Shown here: piece after piece, positions 25,267-31,017 of the stretch | How positions within the stretch are numbered: the first letter of the stretch is position 1 | Layout of the letters: each line of letters begins with the position of its first letter | NCBI GenBank assembly: GCA_052389415.1 | Contig: JBQTHX010000007.1 | Location: 1-31,017, forward strand | Length of the DNA: 31,017 nucleotides | Direction of reading: 5' to 3' | DNA from: Nitrosopumilaceae archaeon | GTDB lineage: Archaea > Thermoproteota > Nitrososphaeria > Nitrososphaerales > Nitrosopumilaceae | Made by a program: the position numbers and the translations under genes | Notes under the pieces: model-generated | What the model saw: only the letters and a program-made list of their open reading frames with translations | Database searches by the model: none | What the model was told of the DNA's origin: nothing

Positions 25267-25340
25267 AGCCTCGAGCGGGATTCGATCCCGCGGCCTAACG
25301 CTTACGAGGCGTTCGCTCTACCAGGCTGAGCTATCGAGGC
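25267..25340 (-). tRNA. tRNA-Thr(CGT)
   Basis: Reverse complement GCCTCGA-TA-GCTC-AGCCTGGTA-GAGC-G-AACGC-CTCGTAA-GCGTT-AGGCC-GCGGG-ATCGAAT-CCCGC-TCGAGGC-T; full cloverleaf. Confidence 0.95.
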
Positions 25341-25362
25341 AATGGTTCGCTTTCCATCAGAG

Positions 25363-25370
25363 TTTATAAA
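25363..25370. promoter_or_regulatory. palindromic TATA box (TTTATAAA) between tRNA-Thr and the phosphomutase gene
   Basis: 23 nt from the tRNA 5' end (25340) and 23 nt from the TTG at 25393. Confidence 0.65.
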
Positions 25371-25392
25371 AAGCCTTTGTGCTTGTGATTCG

Positions 25393-26706
25393 TTGAAAGT
25401 ATCCATCTCTGGTGTGAGAGGAATTTTTGGTGATGATTTAAACCTTAATGATATTATGAAATTTTGTAGAAATTTTTCTGTTTTCATAAAATCGAAAAGA
25501 TGTGTCGTTGCACAGGATACTAGACCTTCAAGTAAAATTCTAAGTGAGACTGCAATTGCTACATTGATGGAAAGAGGAATAAATGTTTACAATTTAGGAA
25601 TTGCTCCAACGCCAGTAATTTTTAGAGAATCAAGAAAATATGGTGCAGGCATTATGATCACATCATCTCATAATCCCTTAGAATGGAACGGATTAAAATT
25701 CATCTTGGAAGGCCGTGGAATAAATGAATCAGAACTTGTAGAGATAACAAAGAATCACAAATTTTCAAAAGAAAAAATTGGTTCAGAGTTACAAGCGACT
25801 TCAAATTATATTTCAGAAGCAATAAGACTAATTGGTAAAGTAAAAGACTCACCAAAAATTGCTGTAGACGTAAGTGGAGGAGCTGCATTTGATGTTGCAC
25901 CCAGATTGCTTCAAAGCCTAGGATGTAAGGTCATTTCAATAAATGAAAAACCAGGAATTTCTTCACACGGTCCTGATCCTACATCAGTTAAGCTTAACGA
26001 CTTGGTTACAGCTACAAGAAAATGCGAAATTGGCTTTGCTTTTGATCTTGATGGGGATAGAGTGGTAGTTGTAAAAGATGGAAAAAAACAGGTCCCAGAT
26101 GTTACTTTGGGGTTAGGGATTTCAAAAGCACTTGAATTAGGATACAGACGGTTTGTCCTTAGCATAGATACCAGTGTATCTGTTGAAAAATTTATCAACG
26201 ATAACGGAGGTCAAGTTCACAGATCAAAGGTAGGGGAAGCAAACGTTGTGGATTTGATGTTAAAAACAGATTCACAAGCAGGCGGAGAAGGAAGCAGTGC
26301 TGGTTTCATTCTCCCAGAGTTTAACATGTGTCGTGATGGCATTTTGACTAGTGGCTTGGTTGCCTCAATGCTAACAACAAAAACATTTTCTGAAGTACTA
26401 GAATTCATGGAAGATTATGTTCAGTTACGAACCAAAATGGTTGTGGAGGATTTGTTTCACAAAAAAACTTTGGAGATATTGTCTAAGAAGATGAAGAGTC
26501 AATATAGCCAGTTGATTAGTATTGATGGACTAAAAGCAATTGTCGACGAGGACAGCTGGGTGCTTGTGAGACAATCAAACACTGAACATATTATCAGAAT
26601 ATCTGCAGAATCAAAAAGTTTAGGAAAAGCTCGATCTATTCAAAAGCAGGTTTCAGAGATGATAAAACAAAGCTATGATCAAGCAAGACGAGACAGAAAT
26701 CATTAA
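25393..26706 (+). CDS. alpha-D-phosphohexomutase (phosphomannomutase/phosphoglucosamine mutase family)
   Basis: SISGVRG, DTRPS, MITSSHNPLEWNGLK phosphoserine loop, FDLDGDR metal loop, GGEGS, VRQSNTE..IRI; TTG 25393 preferred because the longer ORF abuts the tRNA. Confidence 0.92.
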   Translation: MKVSISGVRGIFGDDLNLNDIMKFCRNFSVFIKSKRCVVAQDTRPSSKILSETAIATLMERGINVYNLGIAPTPVIFRESRKYGAGIMITSSHNPLEWNGLKFILEGRGINESELVEITKNHKFSKEKIGSELQATSNYISEAIRLIGKVKDSPKIAVDVSGGAAFDVAPRLLQSLGCKVISINEKPGISSHGPDPTSVKLNDLVTATRKCEIGFAFDLDGDRVVVVKDGKKQVPDVTLGLGISKALELGYRRFVLSIDTSVSVEKFINDNGGQVHRSKVGEANVVDLMLKTDSQAGGEGSSAGFILPEFNMCRDGILTSGLVASMLTTKTFSEVLEFMEDYVQLRTKMVVEDLFHKKTLEILSKKMKSQYSQLISIDGLKAIVDEDSWVLVRQSNTEHIIRISAESKSLGKARSIQKQVSEMIKQSYDQARRDRNH

Positions 26707-27631
26707 AATTTTTCAACGAGCATTTGGGAAAAAATCAAAGTTCATAGCTGAAGATGTAGAGACATTTAGGATACAAAAGATGTATTTTGTTGCTAAATCT
26801 GACATGTTAGTTGAGAGCACTGATGTTCCCAAGGGCATGAAAACACAGGAGATTGCAAGAAAGAGCATAGTCGCCTGTGTAAGTGATTTTTCAGCAAAGG
26901 GAGTAAAACCGCTTTGTGCCACTGTAACCCTTGCCATTCCAAGAGGATTCTCCAGATCCAAGATAAAGAAATTGGCATGTGGGTTCAAAAATGCATCAAA
27001 AGAATTTGGTTTCAAAATAATCGGAGGGGACACAAATGAAGGAAAAGAGATAGTAATTGAAGTATCCATGTTTGGTATTGCTCAGAAAATAGTTAAAAGA
27101 AGAAGCTCAAAGATTAATGATGTTATCATTACCTCAGGCCCCTTTGGATATGTTTCTTCAGGATTAATGATCATTTTGAATCATTTCAAAGCAGATTCCA
27201 AATTTAATCAAAGATGCAAAAAACAAGTTTTTAGACCAATTCCTAGATTAAAGTTTGGTTTGTCAATTGCAAAATATCTTTCGTCTTCAATGGATTCAAG
27301 TGATGGGTTGTCTGCTACACTAAACGAGATGAGTAGACAAAGCTCAAAGAAATTTGTCATAACAAAACTTCCAAGTCATGAAGATGTTGCGCAATTTGCA
27401 AAGAAAAATAAAATAAAATTTACTGATCTTGTTTTTAATGGCGGTGAAGAATATGAGATCGTTGCAACAGTTTCATCAAAGAACTTGTTAAAGATCAGAC
27501 AAATTGCAAGAATTCAAAACATTCCATTATTTGAAATTGGTCATGTTACAAGAGGGAAAGGAGTGATTTATCAAGATCGAAGTGAGATTAAAGCTGTGCA
27601 AGACAAGGGTTGGCTTCATTTCAAATCCTAA
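26675..27631 (+). CDS. thiL: thiamine-monophosphate kinase
   Basis: DMLVE.TD, VSDF.AKG..P, IIGGDT, SMDSSDGL, GGEEYE, C-terminal GWLHF. Confidence 0.93.
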   Translation: MIKQDETEIIKIFQRAFGKKSKFIAEDVETFRIQKMYFVAKSDMLVESTDVPKGMKTQEIARKSIVACVSDFSAKGVKPLCATVTLAIPRGFSRSKIKKLACGFKNASKEFGFKIIGGDTNEGKEIVIEVSMFGIAQKIVKRRSSKINDVIITSGPFGYVSSGLMIILNHFKADSKFNQRCKKQVFRPIPRLKFGLSIAKYLSSSMDSSDGLSATLNEMSRQSSKKFVITKLPSHEDVAQFAKKNKIKFTDLVFNGGEEYEIVATVSSKNLLKIRQIARIQNIPLFEIGHVTRGKGVIYQDRSEIKAVQDKGWLHFKS

Positions 27632-27661
27632 TGTTTTTTAAACCCATGAGAAGCTTGGAAA

Positions 27662-28066
27662 ATGTTGTCTGAACAAGAAGCCAAGGAAAAATGGGGTATT
27701 GCTCACATTTACAGTAGTTATAACAACACAATTGTTCACATAACAGATATCTCTGGTGCTGAGACTGTAGCAATTAGTTCTGGAGGCAGGCATGTAAATG
27801 CCGATAGGTACGAGTCATCACCATATGCTGCCATGAAATCAACCGGAGCGGTTGTAGAAGCTGCTCATGATAAAGGCTTCACAGGCATGCACATTAGAGT
27901 AAGAGCAGTAGGAGGAGTTGGAGCTAGAGTACCAGGTCCAGGTGCACAAGCAGCAATTAGAGCACTAGCAAGGGGAGGATTTAAGATTGGACGAATCGAC
28001 GATGTTACGCCAATTCCACACGATACTACTCGTAAGAAAGGCGGCAAACGAGGAAGAAGAGTCTAG
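27662..28066 (+). CDS. rps11: 30S ribosomal protein S11
   Basis: [47 protein letters not shown]...GGKRGRRV. Confidence 0.97.
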   Translation: MLSEQEAKEKWGIAHIYSSYNNTIVHITDISGAETVAISSGGRHVNADRYESSPYAAMKSTGAVVEAAHDKGFTGMHIRVRAVGGVGARVPGPGAQAAIRALARGGFKIGRIDDVTPIPHDTTRKKGGKRGRRV

Positions 28067-28386
28067 TCTTCTACAAGTTTCATTCTTATTTTGCAGTTTT
28101 TAGATTCAAAGAATTTAGTTACAAAATCCGTAAATTTTTCTTGGAATGCTTTACCTTTTGTATTCATTATCTGATTGCCAAATTTTTCCTGCATGCCTGC
28201 GAGTAGTTCATTTTTAAATAATATTTTGAAAAATGTCCAACCAAATTTTTCCACTGGGTTACTAAGCAAGAAACCATCAGTAACTCCACACGATGATTGT
28301 AGTTCTTTCATGACCAAAGTAACAAGTTGTTTATCAGATTCGTATTTTGTAGTAGAAATTTCAAAAACTATAGCTCTGTTGCTCAT
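28063..28386 (-). CDS. hypothetical protein (107 aa)
   Basis: Protein-like ORF ([12 protein letters not shown]), 14 nt downstream of the aquaporin gene. Confidence 0.78.
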   Translation of the reverse strand: MSNRAIVFEISTTKYESDKQLVTLVMKELQSSCGVTDGFLLSNPVEKFGWTFFKILFKNELLAGMQEKFGNQIMNTKGKAFQEKFTDFVTKFFESKNCKIRMKLVED

Positions 28387-28400
28387 GTTGGTTTTATTCT

Positions 28401-29090
28401 CTAGCTGGTAAATTTGGATTTCGAAAATTTATTTCTGTAGATAAATGCGACTATGCTTGAGCCTACAAAAGTAGCAGACCAGTATAACCATAAATCATCC
28501 ACCATACCAGAAAATATTGCAGGAGTCAATGAACGAACTGGATTCATAGAAGCCCCTGAGATAAAAGATAGAAAGAAAATGTCTAATCCTACCATGCCTC
28601 CAATGGCAATACCGCTAAAGTTTCTTAATCCCTTTGTATATACTACTACCAAAACCACTCCCATTAGAAGAGATGTAGCCAAGACTTCAACGCTAAAGAT
28701 AAGAGGTAATGAAAAAGAGAGGTTTGGAGCATTTGCACCAAGATTGGCTTCTGTCCCTATAACATATTTCACAAAAAGACTTCCAAGTAAAGCTCCTACC
28801 ACCTGTGCAATCAAATAGACGGGCAGTAGGTTTCTTGGAATGTGTTTTGTAATTAGAAATCCGATTGTTACCGCAGGATTGAAATGTGCCATAGAAATTT
28901 TACCAAAAGCATAAACCATTAAAGATACTCCAACAAATGGAGCAAATGCAATAAACGGTAGCCCAAGCGATCCTTGAAATTTTGCATCCAGGACTACTGA
29001 ACCTGTTGCAAGTACAACTATTACAAACGTCCCTACAACTTCAGCAATAAACTTTTTTTGGTTAGAATATAGCTTATTTATTAGCTTCAA
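28401..29090 (-). CDS. MIP/aquaporin family channel, probable arsenite efflux route
   Basis: AEVVGTF, ISMAHFNPAVT, SGASMNPVRS; 6 TM; overlaps the arsC end. Confidence 0.9.
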   Translation of the reverse strand: MKLINKLYSNQKKFIAEVVGTFVIVVLATGSVVLDAKFQGSLGLPFIAFAPFVGVSLMVYAFGKISMAHFNPAVTIGFLITKHIPRNLLPVYLIAQVVGALLGSLFVKYVIGTEANLGANAPNLSFSLPLIFSVEVLATSLLMGVVLVVVYTKGLRNFSGIAIGGMVGLDIFFLSFISGASMNPVRSLTPAIFSGMVDDLWLYWSATFVGSSIVAFIYRNKFSKSKFTS

Positions 29091-29487
29091 GATCTGTGAC
29101 GAGCTCGCTTATCTTTTTTTCAATTTCATCTCTAATTTTTCTAACGATATCGATTGGTTTGCCTTTAGGATCGTGTATTGCCCAATCAATTACATTATTG
29201 AGAAACAATGCCGGACATGATTTTTTATCCATGCACCCCATGTTTATTATTTTAATAGAATGTTTTATCATCCCTTCAGATAGTGTCTTAGGAATTTGTC
29301 TAGTGATGTCAATGCCAATTTCATTCATTACTTCAATTACCAATGGGTTTATTTCGCTAACAGGTTGTGTACCTGCACTGATTGGTTGATAATTTGACTT
29401 TGCATATTTTCTAAAAAATCCTTCAGCAATCTGACTCCTACCTGCATTTTCTACGCACACAAAGAGTATCTTTTTTGTTTCAGACAT
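29074..29487 (-). CDS. arsC: arsenate reductase, LMW-PTP fold (thioredoxin-type)
   Basis: P-loop CVENAGRSQ, SAGT, resolving pair MGCMDKKSCP, DP motif; start re-placed at ATG 29487 (MSETKKILFV). Confidence 0.88.
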   Translation of the reverse strand: MSETKKILFVCVENAGRSQIAEGFFRKYAKSNYQPISAGTQPVSEINPLVIEVMNEIGIDITRQIPKTLSEGMIKHSIKIINMGCMDKKSCPALFLNNVIDWAIHDPKGKPIDIVRKIRDEIEKKISELVTDLEANK

Positions 29488-29493
29488 GGAAGA

Positions 29494-29522
29494 TTTATAT
29501 AAATATTGGTTTATATAAATAT
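29494..29522. promoter_or_regulatory. divergent arsC/arsR promoter-operator: 13-bp direct repeat TTTATATAAATAT x2
   Basis: Copies at 29494-29506 and 29510-29522, each containing the palindrome TTTATATAAA, in the 43-bp gap between the two start codons. Confidence 0.65.
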
Positions 29523-29530
29523 CTGTTGAT

Positions 29531-29833
29531 ATGAATAGCTTAACACTACTCAAGTGTATCTGTGACGAGACGCGCTTTAATATTCTTGAATTACTTCAAA
29601 AAAACAATGAATTGTGTGTAAATGACTTTGTTTCCCACTTAAAGAAAGATCAGCCTTTGATATCACATCATCTAAAAGCATTAAAACAATGTGGAATAAT
29701 ACGTTCAAGCGAAAATGGAAAAATGACAATGTACCGAATTTCTAATGTGGAAACATCTCGGCTCATTAGCAATATTATAAAGACAAGTAAAAAAATTGTA
29801 ACAATTTGCACTGATCCTGCTTGTTGTGCTTAA
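29531..29833 (+). CDS. arsR: ArsR/SmtB family metalloregulator
   Basis: DETRFNILELL, ELCVND, QPLISHHLKALKQCGII, G...MY; C-terminal CTDPACCA; divergent from arsC. Confidence 0.88.
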   Translation: MNSLTLLKCICDETRFNILELLQKNNELCVNDFVSHLKKDQPLISHHLKALKQCGIIRSSENGKMTMYRISNVETSRLISNIIKTSKKIVTICTDPACCA

Positions 29834-29851
29834 AATTATTTTTCAGATTAT

Positions 29852-30283
29852 TTACTCAGTTTGATTTTCTGAACTTTCTTTGATGGAGGCACTTTCCTTT
29901 AGTTTTTCAGACCAAGAAACAAGCTTTCCATCTTGTTCTACGTTTATCGTAGTAGCTACACGGATCAGAATTCCAAGAGACCTGAAAAGTGCAAGTAATT
30001 TACCACCGTCGATTGTTTCTGTGACCTCACCTGACTGGATCAAGTCTGCAAGCTTTGCCACTACCAATTTGGTTTCTTCTGGAAATTGAGTTTCTGCATT
30101 TTGTAGAATTTCTAAACCGCGATAACCAAGTTGTTTTATTAGGATCTCCCTTGGATTTGGAGCCGTAGTTTGACTCTTTGCTGTTTTCAGTTCTTCTTGT
30201 TTTTGTTGTAGAGAGATATTTTTTTGCATCTCAAGCAATCGTTTTGCCTTGAGAAGCTCCAGCTCTTTGTCTTCTTCACTCAT
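29852..30283 (-). CDS. PDCD5-like double-stranded DNA-binding family protein
   Basis: ED.ELELLKAKRL.EMQ N-terminus; REIL...L..R..E.L.....P......L..L..SG.....I....L..L; ATGA overlap with rtcB. Confidence 0.75.
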   Translation of the reverse strand: MSEEDKELELLKAKRLLEMQKNISLQQKQEELKTAKSQTTAPNPREILIKQLGYRGLEILQNAETQFPEETKLVVAKLADLIQSGEVTETIDGGKLLALFRSLGILIRVATTINVEQDGKLVSWSEKLKESASIKESSENQTE

Positions 30284-31017
30284 CCTTTGATTACACCCAT
30301 AGGAACAAGTTTTACAACCTTGGTGGCTATGCCAAGTTCATGAGAAACATTTGCTACTGCATCCACATCTTTGTATGCTTCAGGCGTTTCTTCCACAACT
30401 CCTTCTCGTGTAAGAGCTTTTATGAAAATTCCCTTATCACCGAGCGTTTTTTGTACCTGAACGTCAGTATAGTTTCGACGAGCGGCAGATCGTGACATAG
30501 TTCTTCCTGCACCATGCGCTGTAGATCCAAAACTAAGATCAAGCGAATTTGGTTTTCCTAAAAGAATCCAGCTAGCCGTTCCCATTGAACCTGGGATGAA
30601 GACTGGCTGTCCAATGTCTCTATATTTTTGCGGTATTTCATCTCTGCCTCCTGGAAATGCTCTGGTTGCACCCTTTCTATGAACCACAACCGATTTTAGC
30701 TGTCCATCAATTTTGTGTTTTTCTACCTTTGCGATATTATGAGCCACATCATAAACAAGCTTCATGTCTAAAGCAGATTCAGATTGTTTGAAAACACGTT
30801 CAAATGCCTTTCTTGTCCAATGTGTGATCATCTGTCTGTTACTCCATGCAAAGTTTAGTGCAGCAAACATGGCTTTTCTATAAGACTCTCCTTCATCAGA
30901 TGAATTTGGAACACAAGCAAGTTCTCTGTCAGCCAAAGATATTCTATATTTTCCAAGCGACTGTTCAGAAACTCTGAGGTAGTCACTGCATATTTGGTGA
31001 CCAAAACCTCTTGAACC
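30280..31017 (-). CDS. rtcB: RtcB tRNA-splicing/RNA ligase (5' part lies outside the window)
   Basis: Frame open to the window edge (GSRGFGHQICSDY); YDVAHNIAK, HRKGATRA, IPGSMG, STAHGAGR, EE.P.AYK. Confidence 0.96.
   Translation of the reverse strand, partial: GSRGFGHQICSDYLRVSEQSLGKYRISLADRELACVPNSSDEGESYRKAMFAALNFAWSNRQMITHWTRKAFERVFKQSESALDMKLVYDVAHNIAKVEKHKIDGQLKSVVVHRKGATRAFPGGRDEIPQKYRDIGQPVFIPGSMGTASWILLGKPNSLDLSFGSTAHGAGRTMSRSAARRNYTDVQVQKTLGDKGIFIKALTREGVVEETPEAYKDVDAVANVSHELGIATKVVKLVPMGVIKG

Noticed and set aside
20335-25340. Possible integrated element between tRNA-Cys and tRNA-Thr
   Set aside because: No integrase or transposase, no direct repeat of either tRNA 3' end seen, and no obvious compositional shift
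25302-25487. Minus-strand 61-aa ORF and the 17-codon extension of the phosphomutase ORF
   Set aside because: They overlap the tRNA-Thr gene and/or the shared promoter; shadow frames
29488-29553. N-terminal extension of ArsC in the ORF track
   Set aside because: Runs through the promoter repeat and into arsR; the domain starts at MSETKK
517-30089. Numerous 60-140 aa antisense or alternate-frame ORFs (e.g. 4748..5119, 6360..6776, 17250..17612, 26713..27069, 28453..28818)
   Set aside because: Nested in well-supported genes, no recognisable motifs, composition typical of antisense shadows

Overview
AT-rich archaeal chromosomal window whose gene content and protein sequences fit an ammonia-oxidising archaeon (Nitrososphaerota/Thaumarchaeota, Nitrosopumilaceae-like); this assignment is from recognition, not a search. 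It is mostly core genome: purine salvage (apt, mtnP), the aIF-2beta/DUF424/aIF-1A/RIO1/KH/top6B/top6A cluster, DUF373-uppS-NUDIX, pyrF, purA, a tRNA-modification locus (TsaC/Sua5, THUMP, ubiquitin-like-Cgi121 fusion, rps17e, TatD), histone, tRNA-Cys(GCA), a stand-alone AIPR gene, DPS-like protein, tRNA-Thr(CGT), phosphohexomutase, thiL, rps11, an arsR/arsC/aquaporin cassette, a PDCD5-like gene and the 3' part of rtcB. No integrase, transposase or CRISPR array was seen. The most notable signals are: (1) a ~65-nt GC-rich hairpin with its own candidate TATA box and U-tract, convergent on the AIPR gene and loosely similar to the tRNA-Cys on the other side of that gene; (2) a ~110-aa insertion in Top6B resembling a degenerate Topo IB/tyrosine-recombinase subdomain; (3) the ubiquitin-like-Cgi121 fusion with an internal GG; (4) several microproteins absent from or mis-started in the ORF track (three Cys/Zn-ribbon peptides, a 34-aa hyperacidic peptide, a 2-TM peptide and a 31-aa ORF before dps).
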